Shown here: one piece after another, positions 1 to 9,402 of the stretch
How the letters are laid out: each line of letters begins with the position of its first letter
Numbering within the stretch: position 1 is the first letter of the stretch
Virus record (IMG/VR): IMGVR_UViG_3300034642_000096
Coordinates: 1-24,002 of that record
Source of the DNA: a virus
Taxonomy: Duplodnaviria; Caudoviricetes
Length of the DNA: 24,002 nucleotides
Strand: one strand, 5' to 3'
Position numbers and translations under genes: made by a program
The notes under the pieces: model-generated
The model's input: the letters and a program-made list of their open reading frames with translations, nothing else
The model's database searches: none
Told to the model about the DNA's origin: nothing

Positions 1-672
1 TCGTATGTAAATGCCTACGATCAGAAGATGTTTATGAAAAGAGAGAACATTGCAGATCGTGGTATATGGACGGCAAAGAAAAGATATATCTTAAATGTAT
101 GGGATAGTGAAGGTGTAAGGTATGAAGAACCAAAACTAAAGATGATGGGCATTGAAGCAGTCAAGTCATCAACTCCTGCTCCGTGTCGAAGTGCTATTAA
201 AGAGGCACTAAATGTCATCATGTCAGGAAATGAGTCCGATGTGCAGGATTACATTGATAAATTTAGACAGAGGTTTGAATCAATGACACCTGAGGAAATA
301 GCATTCCCTCGTGGTTGTAATAACATTGCAAAGAATTCATCCCCTGCTACAATATATGGTAAAGGATGTCCCATGCACGTGCGTGGTGCTCTACTGTATA
401 ACTATTGGGTCAAGAAGAAGAAGTTGACACACAAGTATCCTCTCATCCAAGAAGGTGAGAAGGTAAAGTATGTCATGCTTAACACCCCCAATAAAATCAA
501 TGAGAATGTAGTCTCATTCTTTCAAACATTACCACCTGAGTTGGGTTTGAATGGAAGTATTGATTATGACTTACAATTCAATAAAAGTTTCCTTCAACCG
601 TTGCAAGTAATACTTGACACTCTTGGATGGGACGCAGAAAAAACCAACACATTGGAGGCACTATGGAGCTAG
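1..672 (+). CDS. gp43: T4-like family B DNA polymerase gp43, C-terminal part (5' end outside the window)
   Basis: Motifs MKRENIADRGIWTAKKRYILNVWDSEG, KMMGIEAVKSSTP and HVRGALLYN are typical of the gp43 palm/thumb region. It lies upstream of uvsX. Confidence 0.97.
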   Translation, partial: SYVNAYDQKMFMKRENIADRGIWTAKKRYILNVWDSEGVRYEEPKLKMMGIEAVKSSTPAPCRSAIKEALNVIMSGNESDVQDYIDKFRQRFESMTPEEIAFPRGCNNIAKNSSPATIYGKGCPMHVRGALLYNYWVKKKKLTHKYPLIQEGEKVKYVMLNTPNKINENVVSFFQTLPPELGLNGSIDYDLQFNKSFLQPLQVILDTLGWDAEKTNTLEALWS

Positions 673-839
673 ACGAATCAAAAGACAAATGGAATCGTGG
701 AGTAGACTTATTTACAGAGTCTGTCTGGAAACCTGACGAGAAACTTCGTCAATGTGCTCGCAATCAAGATTGTTATCAAGAGCTTATGGACGTCAGAGAT
801 GACGTGCTAAAATATTTAAAAACATTGAGATGGAAATGA
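663..839 (+). CDS. Small hypothetical phage protein ([17 protein letters not shown]...)
   Basis: Fills the gap between gp43 and uvsX and overlaps both. ATG at 663 preferred over 627. Confidence 0.75.
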   Translation: MELDESKDKWNRGVDLFTESVWKPDEKLRQCARNQDCYQELMDVRDDVLKYLKTLRWK

Positions 840-1840
840 GTTTTCTAAAAGATATTGTCAAAGAAATTGGCAATGAATATGCAACAGTAGTATCAGATGA
901 GCAGGATACGTCCTCATTCGTAGACACAGGTAGTTACATTTTTAATGGACTTGTATCTGGGTCGATTTATGGTGGTATTCCCTCTAATAAAATCACTGCT
1001 ATTGCGGGTGAGTCTTCCACTGGTAAGACATTTTTCTGTTTGAGTATAGTTAAACACTATCTCGAGAAAGACCCAGACGCAGGAGTAATTTACTTTGAAT
1101 CTGAGTCTGCAATATCAAAAGAAATGATTGAGTCTCGTAACATCGATGCCAATCGTATGGTTGTTGTGCCTGTCACTACAGTGCAGGAGTTTCGCACTCA
1201 GTCACTAAAGATTCTTGACAAGTATCTGTCACAACCTGAGGAGCAACGCAAACCTATGATGTTTGTTTTAGACTCTCTTGGTATGTTATCTACTACTAAA
1301 GAAGTAGAAGATGCTGAGGCAGGGAAAGAAACAAGAGACATGACTAGAGCACAAATTGTTAAGTCAATTTTCCGTGTGTTGACACTTAAATTAGGCAAAG
1401 CAAATGTCCCTCTACTTGTCACTAATCATACATATGATGTAGTGGGTGCTTACATACCTACAAAAGAAATGGGTGGAGGCAGTGGTCTTAAATACGCTGC
1501 AAGCACAATCATCTATCTTTCCAAGAGTAAGGAGAAAGATGGAAAAGAAGTGATTGGTAATTTAATAAAATGCAAAACAGCTAAGTCGAGGTTAACAAAG
1601 GAAAATGCACTTATTACAACTAGACTCTTCTATGACGAGCGTGGACTTGACAAGTATTACGGACTATTGGAGTTGGGTGAAAAGTATGGAGTCTTCCAGA
1701 AGCGGGGCAATAGGATTGTTGTTGGTGAATCTTCCGTTTATCCTTCTGCTATTCTTGCCAACCCTGACAAATATTTCACCGAAGGAGTAATGCAGCAACT
1801 CGATGATGCTGCCAAGAAAGAATTCACCTATGGAACTTAG
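836..1840 (+). CDS. uvsX: UvsX RecA-like recombinase
   Basis: Walker [19 protein letters not shown], and [12 protein letters not shown]4-like synteny. Confidence 0.97.
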   Translation: MSFLKDIVKEIGNEYATVVSDEQDTSSFVDTGSYIFNGLVSGSIYGGIPSNKITAIAGESSTGKTFFCLSIVKHYLEKDPDAGVIYFESESAISKEMIESRNIDANRMVVVPVTTVQEFRTQSLKILDKYLSQPEEQRKPMMFVLDSLGMLSTTKEVEDAEAGKETRDMTRAQIVKSIFRVLTLKLGKANVPLLVTNHTYDVVGAYIPTKEMGGGSGLKYAASTIIYLSKSKEKDGKEVIGNLIKCKTAKSRLTKENALITTRLFYDERGLDKYYGLLELGEKYGVFQKRGNRIVVGESSVYPSAILANPDKYFTEGVMQQLDDAAKKEFTYGT

Positions 1841-2378
1841 AGAATACGTCAAGGTTTACGACGATATAGTTGACCCTAATGTCTGTAAAAATGCTATAGA
1901 GTTGTTTAACAAAGACGAGGCAGTAGTCCGTCTAGAAAAACCACAGATGTCATCACTTAATATAACTGAGAGGTCTGAGAAAGATGGAGACCACGATTGG
2001 AATGTGGTGCAGTCTGAATCTATCATGGCAATCAAAGCATGTGCACAGCAGTATGCTATGGAAGTCAAGGTAGATAAGTATTGGCCAACAGAAAACCGTC
2101 TTGAGCAAATCAAGATGCATAAATTCGTGGCAGAGGAAGGGGATAGTTTCCCCACTCACATTGATGTAGGTAACTATGAGTCTGCTAGGAGGTTTGCAAC
2201 CTTTGTTATATTCCTAAACGATACTGATGAAGGAGTATACTTTGACACGTTAGACTATAAAGTATCTGCAAAGACAGGTAGGATAATGTTGTTTCCATCT
2301 TCATGGCAGTATCCATATACAGACTTAGCAGCAGATGATGACAAGTATATGATAACCACATACCTACACTATGTTTGA
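1830..2378 (+). CDS. 2OG-Fe(II) oxygenase-fold protein (P4H-like), distal His apparently replaced by Tyr
   Basis: HID motif, [32 protein letters not shown]. Confidence 0.8.
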   Translation: MELREYVKVYDDIVDPNVCKNAIELFNKDEAVVRLEKPQMSSLNITERSEKDGDHDWNVVQSESIMAIKACAQQYAMEVKVDKYWPTENRLEQIKMHKFVAEEGDSFPTHIDVGNYESARRFATFVIFLNDTDEGVYFDTLDYKVSAKTGRIMLFPSSWQYPYTDLAADDDKYMITTYLHYV

Positions 2379-2976
2379 ATTCAATACTCACCCACCGATG
2401 GTTTCACATGTGCAAGGGTCACCAGTGTATATCATTGATGATTTCTATAAGTATCCTGAGGAGGTTGAGGATTTATTTTGGGAGAATGAATTAAGATATC
2501 ACAAAGAAGATGACCCAGGTTATAATGGTAAGTTATTCCATGACATGAGACATCATTTTCCGCATGATGACCTGTGGGAAGTTGGAGAATATTTACTTGA
2601 CATATGTGGTGCAAAGTATCATGGGTCAGGTCGTGATTGTTTGAGTAATGTATTTGAATATGAAGGCAACGACCACATTGATAACTATTGGTATCCACAT
2701 CTAGATGCAGGGTATACAGCATTGATATACTTTGAGGGCACAGGCACTAACTTGTATGCCACACCCAATCAGTTTGAAGTTGAAGACTGTGATTCAATAC
2801 CAGAGCATGTCAAACCATGGCGGTCTAAAGAAGATTATGAATTGCTGTTGACATTCGAGGGTAAGTACAATAGACTTGTGCTATTCAACGGAAAGAAATT
2901 TTATCACGGAGCAGATATTTACTACTCCCCAGTCAAACGTTTCAACCAAGTATTATTTTTTACAGATGAGCCTTAA
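2371..2976 (+). CDS. Putative 2OG-Fe(II) oxygenase (DUF6445-like)
   Basis: IIDDFYKYP; PHLD...GTNLY...YNRLVLFNGKKFYHGA...RFNQVLF gives the HxD...H...R pattern. Confidence 0.75.
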   Translation: MFEFNTHPPMVSHVQGSPVYIIDDFYKYPEEVEDLFWENELRYHKEDDPGYNGKLFHDMRHHFPHDDLWEVGEYLLDICGAKYHGSGRDCLSNVFEYEGNDHIDNYWYPHLDAGYTALIYFEGTGTNLYATPNQFEVEDCDSIPEHVKPWRSKEDYELLLTFEGKYNRLVLFNGKKFYHGADIYYSPVKRFNQVLFFTDEP

Positions 2977-4339
2977 GATAGAAGAAGTAGCACTAAGTAA
3001 ACTCATATTAAATGAGCCTTATGCAAGAAAGGTTTTACCATTTGTAAAACCAGAGTATTTTGACGCATTTACTAATCGTGTCCTCTTCGATACACTTAGT
3101 GAATACATTAATAAGTTTGATACTACACCTGAGCCTAACGCTCTCAAGATTGAGATAGAAAAAAGGAAAGATATTACTGAAGAAATCTATCAAGAGATAG
3201 AAAACTTCTTAGATAACCTTGACACAGACCATTACAATGATGAATGGTTAGTTGACACAACTGAAAAATGGTGCAAGGAGCGTGCTATATACTTGGCACT
3301 GATGGAATCCGTTAAGATTGCTGACGGACAAGATAAAACACGTACAAAAGATGCTATACCTAGCATCATGTCCGATGCACTAGGTGTTTGTTTTGATGAA
3401 TCAGTAGGACATGATTACATCTCAGACGCTGATGACAGATACGATTTCTACCATAGAAAAGAAGAAAAAGTCCCCTTTGATTTGGACTACCTTAACAAAA
3501 TTACCAAAGGTGGTCTCCCTAATAAGACTCTCAACATCGCTCTTGCTGGTACGGGTGTCGGGAAGTCTTTATTCATGTGCCATGTCGCTAGTTCCTGTCT
3601 CTTACAGGGGCGCAACGTTCTCTACATTACATGTGAAATGGCAGAGGAGAAGATTGCAGAGCGAATTGATGCCAACCTCCTCGACATCCCAATCCAACAA
3701 CTCCAAGACCCCTTACTGACAAAGCAAAAGTATCGTGCTAAGATAGATGTGTTGAAGAAAAAGACACAGGGTAAACTTGTTATCAAAGAATACCCTACTG
3801 CTTCTGCACATGTGGGTCATTTCAAAGCACTCTTAAATGAGTTGTCATTGAAGAAAGGATTTCATCCTGAGATTATATTCGTAGACTACCTAAACATATG
3901 TGCTAGTAGTAGATACAAAGGCACTATCGTAAACTCATACACATATGTAAAAGCAATCGCTGAGGAGTTACGTGGACTAGCAGGAGAATATAATGTGCCT
4001 ATCTTGTCTGCTACACAGACTACTAGGTCTGGTTATGGTAACTCTAACGTAGAGATTACTGACACCAGTGAATCTTTTGGTCTTCCTGCTACTGCTGACT
4101 TGATGTTTGCTCTGATATCTACAGAAGATATGGAAGAGTTGAATCAAATTATGGTCAAGCAGTTGAAGAATAGATACAATGACCCCACTGTATACAAGAG
4201 GTTTGTCTTAGGTATTGACAGACAGAAGATGAGGTTGTATGATTGTGAGCAGGGTGCTCAAGATAACATCATAGATGCAGGAGATACTCCTCAAACATTT
4301 ACAGATACTAAAAAATCATTTGACGGATTTAAAATTTAA
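2966..4339 (+). CDS. gp41: Replicative DNA helicase gp41 (DnaB-like)
   Basis: Walker A ALAGTGVGKS, IIFVDYLNIC, SATQTTRSG, SESFGLPATAD, KQLKNRY. Start placed at MSLKIEE. Confidence 0.97.
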   Translation: MSLKIEEVALSKLILNEPYARKVLPFVKPEYFDAFTNRVLFDTLSEYINKFDTTPEPNALKIEIEKRKDITEEIYQEIENFLDNLDTDHYNDEWLVDTTEKWCKERAIYLALMESVKIADGQDKTRTKDAIPSIMSDALGVCFDESVGHDYISDADDRYDFYHRKEEKVPFDLDYLNKITKGGLPNKTLNIALAGTGVGKSLFMCHVASSCLLQGRNVLYITCEMAEEKIAERIDANLLDIPIQQLQDPLLTKQKYRAKIDVLKKKTQGKLVIKEYPTASAHVGHFKALLNELSLKKGFHPEIIFVDYLNICASSRYKGTIVNSYTYVKAIAEELRGLAGEYNVPILSATQTTRSGYGNSNVEITDTSESFGLPATADLMFALISTEDMEELNQIMVKQLKNRYNDPTVYKRFVLGIDRQKMRLYDCEQGAQDNIIDAGDTPQTFTDTKKSFDGFKI

Positions 4340-4989
4340 TGGCTGATTTTACTAACCAATTTGACCCTAAAAAGGGTGACCAAGATGCTGCTGCAGAGCG
4401 TATCAATAGTGCTGCTAGAGATAAAGTAGACGAAGCACAAGAGAAAGTAAAGGCAACTGAGGCAGAAACTCCCAAGACACCCGAAGAAATGGGTAAGAAG
4501 ATGGGTAGTGCACCTAAGTCTAAGAAGAGGTTAGATAAGAAACTAGAAGAGAAGAAGAAAGCAGAGAAGGAAGGTCCTAAGAAATTTGAAGTAGACTTAG
4601 ATAAGTATACTGAGTTTGTTGACAGGGTAACATCAGACCCTAGTAAAGACTTCCAAGCATTGATGGAAAGATATGCTGAGTTGAAATCACAAGGATGTAA
4701 CATCCAACGTCTTGACACTGCTGCATCAGGTATGTCTGCTGAAGCAGGAGAGTTTATGGAGATTGTAAAGAAACTAAAGTTTCAAGGAAAGGATTTCAAT
4801 GCAGCAAACAAAGAGCACTTGACTAAAGAGTTGGGTGATATTATGTGGTATGTTGCACAGGCATGTCTAGCATTAGGTGTGAGGTTTGATGAGGTAATTT
4901 ATATCAATACACTTAAACTAGCAGCACGTTATCCAGGCGGTATGTTTGAGACTAATTACTCAGAGAATAGAGCACCTGGTGATATCTAG
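4339..4989 (+). CDS. mazG: MazG-family nucleotide pyrophosphohydrolase with a long charged N-terminal extension
   Basis: AEAGEFMEIVKK...KELGDIMWYVAQAC motif. Sits after gp41 as in other cyanomyophages. Confidence 0.92.
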   Translation: MADFTNQFDPKKGDQDAAAERINSAARDKVDEAQEKVKATEAETPKTPEEMGKKMGSAPKSKKRLDKKLEEKKKAEKEGPKKFEVDLDKYTEFVDRVTSDPSKDFQALMERYAELKSQGCNIQRLDTAASGMSAEAGEFMEIVKKLKFQGKDFNAANKEHLTKELGDIMWYVAQACLALGVRFDEVIYINTLKLAARYPGGMFETNYSENRAPGDI

Positions 4990-5594
4990 TGCAGTATATA
5001 GTCCCCTCTAACTTAGGATGGCTAGAAGATAAACTAAGTCCAAAGGAGATAAAACTTCTTTGGAATTATATTCTTGAGGCAAATGTAAATGCCAAACCTA
5101 ATTTGGTAGGACATCTACATGAGAGTTTATATTTAAAGGATAAGAAGAATCAATTTTTTGATAGGACATTAATACAATACTGTAGTCATTACGCATTTAA
5201 GTTTGGTAATCAAGGAGATAAGATACCTACTACAGGACAGCATCAGATGTGCTTGGAAAGTTTCTGGGTCAATAGGATGAGAAAGTATGACTTCAATCCT
5301 TTCCACAATCATTTTGGTGTGTATAGTTTTGTCATATGGTTAGACATACCTACAGATTATGCAGAGCAGTATGCAACTACCGAAGCAAATGACGGTGGCT
5401 CTGCATCTAATTTTGAGTTTATGTATCCCAACATACTAGGAGAGATAACAACATATAAGTATCAACTAAGTAAAGAATCAAACGGCACTATACTATTCTT
5501 CCCATCTAAATTAATGCATGGTGTATATCCATTCTATAATTGTGATGATGAAAGGATTTCTATATCAGGAAATATAGCTATAAAAACAGACTAA
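4989..5594 (+). CDS. Putative 2OG-Fe(II) oxygenase (HxH type)
   Basis: FNPFHNH...GTILFFPSKLMHGVYPF...ERISISGN. GTG start overlaps the mazG stop. Confidence 0.8.
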   Translation: MQYIVPSNLGWLEDKLSPKEIKLLWNYILEANVNAKPNLVGHLHESLYLKDKKNQFFDRTLIQYCSHYAFKFGNQGDKIPTTGQHQMCLESFWVNRMRKYDFNPFHNHFGVYSFVIWLDIPTDYAEQYATTEANDGGSASNFEFMYPNILGEITTYKYQLSKESNGTILFFPSKLMHGVYPFYNCDDERISISGNIAIKTD

Positions 5595-5597
5595 ATA
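5590..5597 (+). promoter_or_regulatory. Possible T4-type late promoter variant (ACTAAATA)
   Basis: CTAAATA lies just upstream of the ATG at 5603. The same variant occurs at 8737 and 17135. Confidence 0.45.
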
Positions 5598-5602
5598 CTT
5601 GC

Positions 5603-6373
5603 ATGACAAGAAAACAAGACACCGAGCCCCTCTTTGATGGAGAAGGTGTAGGTGCAATACCTATTGGTAAAAGCAACGCAGGATTCCTATACGAGAGTAG
5701 TCTCATTAAGTCTCTAAGGAGTCAAGGATTTACTGTGTCTGACCCTGCGGGTGCTGACTCTTCTAAGGCTGACCTTGAGTTAACAAAGGGAGCTAACATA
5801 GTAAAGTTTGAATTGAAAGAAAAATTATCTGCTGACTTTGCTCAGATGAATTTTGATTTCGATACCACTCGTAAAGAGTTTTACATTGACAAGACCAAAT
5901 CAACAGCAAAGAAAGAAGCAGCACAGACCATGATAGGTATTGCTGAGTCCTATGGCATTATCAGACAAGCAAATGACCATTGGAAACCTCAGAAGAATAT
6001 GCCTGCTAAGTTTGTCCTTCCACCAAACGCAACTTTCAAGGAGAGAGATAAGTCTAGGAAACTAGATTTAAAAAGATTTCCAGACAAATTTTTAGGACAA
6101 GGTTTAGGACCTGCTCGTGAGGTTGAGAAATATTATAACTCAAAGAATACGTATTACATACAGGTAAAGGGAAAGGGTCTATATTATATGGGTAAAGACC
6201 CTGAGAAATATGGATGCCCTCGCTTCTCTGATTCTTGTGCTGACAGCAGCATTAGAATTCGTATCAAAACTAACTCAGCATCTAAAGGTCGATGGTCATT
6301 CTTGATGGCACTTAAGATTAGTAGACTCAGACCAAGTCCTATGAATCTAGATTTAGATGCGTCCTTCTTGTAA
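5603..6373 (+). CDS. Hypothetical protein, probable PD-(D/E)XK nuclease fold
   Basis: N-terminal helix GFLYE followed by ADLELTKGANIVKFELK (E...D...ExK pattern). Confidence 0.6.
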   Translation: MTRKQDTEPLFDGEGVGAIPIGKSNAGFLYESSLIKSLRSQGFTVSDPAGADSSKADLELTKGANIVKFELKEKLSADFAQMNFDFDTTRKEFYIDKTKSTAKKEAAQTMIGIAESYGIIRQANDHWKPQKNMPAKFVLPPNATFKERDKSRKLDLKRFPDKFLGQGLGPAREVEKYYNSKNTYYIQVKGKGLYYMGKDPEKYGCPRFSDSCADSSIRIRIKTNSASKGRWSFLMALKISRLRPSPMNLDLDASFL

Positions 6374-6427
6374 CCAGTTAAATAAGTGTCCACTAACCTA
6401 CCCACTCGCTCCATAGTATAGTATAAT
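6374..6427 (+). promoter_or_regulatory. Putative early promoter region: CCAGTT-N4-AAGTGTCCAC motif plus TATAAT -10
   Basis: Intergenic motif at 6374-6393 and TATAAT at 6422-6427. A related motif occurs at 20747-20766. Confidence 0.5.
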
Positions 6428-6433
6428 ATAGTC

Positions 6434-7630
6434 ATGGCAAAGAATACCCACCTAGAGCATTTAGAAGATGACATATTTAACTCTGGTTATAATGGTGCTA
6501 CTAATAGCATTAATTTTCTTGTAGGTCTACGAGACATGTTGACCACAGGTAAGGGTGGTAGTAACATGAAGGTCACAGTTAAGTGGGACGGTGCTCCTGC
6601 TATAGTTTGTGGCACAGACCCTGAGACAGGAGAGTTTTTCGTAGGTAATAAGTCAGTATTCAATAAGTCTACACCTAAAATTTGTTACACTGATGGTTTC
6701 ATAGACGAGCACTACCCTGACAGTGGACTTAATAAGATACTTAAGAAGTGTCTAAAACATTTGATGAGACTACCTATTGATGGTGTCATACAGGGAGACC
6801 TTTTGTATGAGCAGAGACCTAAGATTGCTTCTATGAATGGAAAGAGGTGTTATGTTTTTAAACCAAATACTATCACATACTGTGTCGAAGTAGACTCTGA
6901 GATGGGTAGGAAGATAGCGAAGAGTGAAATAGGAATTGTATTTCATACAAAATACAGTGGGTCAAGTATAGGTGCAATGTCAGCAGGGTTTGGTGTCAAT
7001 GTCAAACCATTACAAGGTGTAGACAGTGTGGCAGTATTCTCCTCAGAGTTTACTAATGTAAATGGTATGGCAAACCTATCTCCTGCAGAGTTGTCTAAGA
7101 TAAACTTAACCATAGCATCTGCTAAACGTAACCTCAGTGGTGGACGTAAGTTTCTTAGCACTATCAACAAGGAGACAGGGTCTTTTGCTTACAACGCATT
7201 GTTTAAAATGTATTTCAACCAAGTAATACGCTCAGGAAAGATACCAAACAACTCAACTTCTATGGCAAAGGGGTATATTTCCTTTGTAGATGCACGTTTT
7301 AAGGCAGAAATTGCTAAGAAAAAGACTGCTAAGGCACAGAAAGACTGGTCTGATAGAGCTGATAAGGCTCTTGCTTATCTAAATAGTAATAAGTCTGTTA
7401 TGTATTCCGCACTTAGCGGTTTCAAAGACCTTATGACTGCCAAAGAGCAAATCATAAATAAACTGAAGAAAATAGAAGGTGTCGGCACTTTCTTAGAAGA
7501 TGAAAATGGTTACAAGGTAACCAGTCCAGAAGGTTTTGTTGCTATTAAGGATGGCAATGCACTTAAACTGGTCGATAGATTAGAATTTTCTAGAGCAAAC
7601 TTCACCGTCGCAAAAGATTGGGGTAAATGA
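6434..7630 (+). CDS. Conserved cyanophage protein (DUF6267-like) with ATP-dependent ligase-like motifs
   Basis: N-terminus MAKNTHLEHLED; motifs TVKWDGAPA, IQGDLLY, PEGFVA, LKLVDRLEFS. Confidence 0.8.
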   Translation: MAKNTHLEHLEDDIFNSGYNGATNSINFLVGLRDMLTTGKGGSNMKVTVKWDGAPAIVCGTDPETGEFFVGNKSVFNKSTPKICYTDGFIDEHYPDSGLNKILKKCLKHLMRLPIDGVIQGDLLYEQRPKIASMNGKRCYVFKPNTITYCVEVDSEMGRKIAKSEIGIVFHTKYSGSSIGAMSAGFGVNVKPLQGVDSVAVFSSEFTNVNGMANLSPAELSKINLTIASAKRNLSGGRKFLSTINKETGSFAYNALFKMYFNQVIRSGKIPNNSTSMAKGYISFVDARFKAEIAKKKTAKAQKDWSDRADKALAYLNSNKSVMYSALSGFKDLMTAKEQIINKLKKIEGVGTFLEDENGYKVTSPEGFVAIKDGNALKLVDRLEFSRANFTVAKDWGK

Positions 7631-8745
7631 ATTTTTTAGAATTTATAACTGAGGCAACCAAGAGTGCGTCTCAACAAAACAAACCTAAGAAACCCACGAC
7701 AAGTCAAAAAGGTCAGAAGACTTCTGGTAACCTAGAGGACAAGCATGTTGCTATTACTTTTGGTCGCTTTAATCCTCCTCACGCTGGCCATGGCAAGTTA
7801 CTTGATGCTGTCAAGTCGCACGGAGGGGACTCGGGAAACTATAGAATCTACCCATCCCGTAGTCAGGATCACAAAAAGAATCCGTTATCCGCACAACAAA
7901 AAGTAGACCACATGAGGAAGTTATTTCCCTCACACAAGGACAAGATTCAAAACAATGAAGCACATAGAAATATATTTGATATAATGCGTGACCTACATGA
8001 TGAAGGTCATGAGCATTTAACAATGGTGGTAGGAGACGATAGAGTAAAAGAGTTTGAGAAGTTGACTAACAAATATAATGGAGTGCATTATAACTTTAAG
8101 ACTATCAATATCAAATCAGCAGGGGCAAGAGACCCTAATAGTGATGACCCTATAGAAAAGTTGTCAGCATCTGGAATGCGTAAGCATGCTAGTGGTGATG
8201 ACCATGCCTCATTCCATGCAGGCATGCCTAAGGGTGTCTCCTCAAAGCATTCCAAACAGATGATGGCAGATGTGAAGACTGGAATGACTCCACCACCTAA
8301 GAAGGAGAAGACCAAGAAGTCAATCAAAGAGTTGACACTCTGGGAGTATGCACCTAAGTTAGATGCAGATTCGTTTAGAGATTTCTATATGCTAAACCAT
8401 ATCTTTAAGGTAGGTGCTATAGTAGAGCACGATGACACTGGACTAATCGGAAAGGTTGTGCATCGTGGCACTAATCATGTCGTATTCCAAATGCCAGATG
8501 GCAATGAGGAAAAGGTATGGTTAAAGAATATAACTGAAGTGGAAGACCCACGTGCTGCATGGGCTCGTGCTGCTGATACCACCAAACTCCAACACAATTA
8601 TTCTGCTGATGATGGCAGTGGTAATGACTGGAAGGCAGGTACAGACAACTATAGAATGGCATTACAAGCAATGACTCCAGGACAATCTGTAGTCAGTTTT
8701 ACAGATTTTCAACAACGTATTAGAAACTCTGCTAAGACTAAATAA
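7627..8745 (+). CDS. Cytidylyltransferase-like (HxGH) nucleotidyltransferase
   Basis: ITFGRFNPPHAGHGKLL, KKNPLS, VVGDDRV, SAGARDP, LSASGMR. Confidence 0.88.
   Translation: MNFLEFITEATKSASQQNKPKKPTTSQKGQKTSGNLEDKHVAITFGRFNPPHAGHGKLLDAVKSHGGDSGNYRIYPSRSQDHKKNPLSAQQKVDHMRKLFPSHKDKIQNNEAHRNIFDIMRDLHDEGHEHLTMVVGDDRVKEFEKLTNKYNGVHYNFKTINIKSAGARDPNSDDPIEKLSASGMRKHASGDDHASFHAGMPKGVSSKHSKQMMADVKTGMTPPPKKEKTKKSIKELTLWEYAPKLDADSFRDFYMLNHIFKVGAIVEHDDTGLIGKVVHRGTNHVVFQMPDGNEEKVWLKNITEVEDPRAAWARAADTTKLQHNYSADDGSGNDWKAGTDNYRMALQAMTPGQSVVSFTDFQQRIRNSAKTK
8737..8744 (+). promoter_or_regulatory. Possible late promoter variant (ACTAAATA)
   Basis: About 30 nt upstream of the ATG at 8776. Confidence 0.45.
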
Positions 8746-8775
8746 AAACAGTAAGACCAATCAGGTGTTATAAAA

Positions 8776-9402
8776 ATGAAACTAGAAATGTTAGTGTCTG
8801 CAGCTTTGATGGACTATAGTCCAACTGAGCAGTCATATATTCTTAAGGCGGTTGAGGAAGATAAACTTCCTGAGACTAAGCGTCTCCACGATGGTGTAAT
8901 GAAAGTCATGGAAGTCCTTGACACATTCGAGCCAGTGGTAGAAGGATATGCAGGCTTCGACGTAGACAGAGAAACTGTCAAGAAAAAGAAAGCAGAGCAT
9001 AAGGATGACCGTAACATAGGTCGTGTCGTATCCTCAGGAGGAAACTCCATGCTCATCACAGGACGTAAGGCTGATGGTCGTTACATTGTTGTCGGAAAGA
9101 AAGGAGAGAAGACAGCAAAAGAGGCAGGCGATTTAGGTGTAACTGCTAAGGAGAGTGTAGTAGGTGTAGACATTGATGATGTACATCAACTCATGTTAGA
9201 AGGACTCAAGCAGGCACGTAAAAACGTTGGTGCATCTACATGTTGGAAAGGTTACAAAGCAAAGGGCACTAAGATGAAGGGTGGAAAACAAGTCCCTAAT
9301 TGTGTCAAAGAAGAAGAAAAACCTTCTGACTTTATAAATAAATTGTCTAAGTCGGGACTATTTACCGATGCAGAGTTGGAAAAAATGAGAGAGGTAGACT
9401 AA
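8776..9402 (+). CDS. Hypothetical late protein, possible internal head protein
   Basis: Contains CWKGYKAKGTKMKGGKQVPNCVKEE, a motif recurrent in T4-like phage proteins. Several [ILVM]-x-E sites. Confidence 0.75.
   Translation: MKLEMLVSAALMDYSPTEQSYILKAVEEDKLPETKRLHDGVMKVMEVLDTFEPVVEGYAGFDVDRETVKKKKAEHKDDRNIGRVVSSGGNSMLITGRKADGRYIVVGKKGEKTAKEAGDLGVTAKESVVGVDIDDVHQLMLEGLKQARKNVGASTCWKGYKAKGTKMKGGKQVPNCVKEEEKPSDFINKLSKSGLFTDAELEKMREVD
9333..9340 (+). promoter_or_regulatory. T4-type late promoter TATAAATA
   Basis: Exact consensus about 60 nt upstream of the ORF at 9403, but it lies inside a CDS. Confidence 0.55.
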
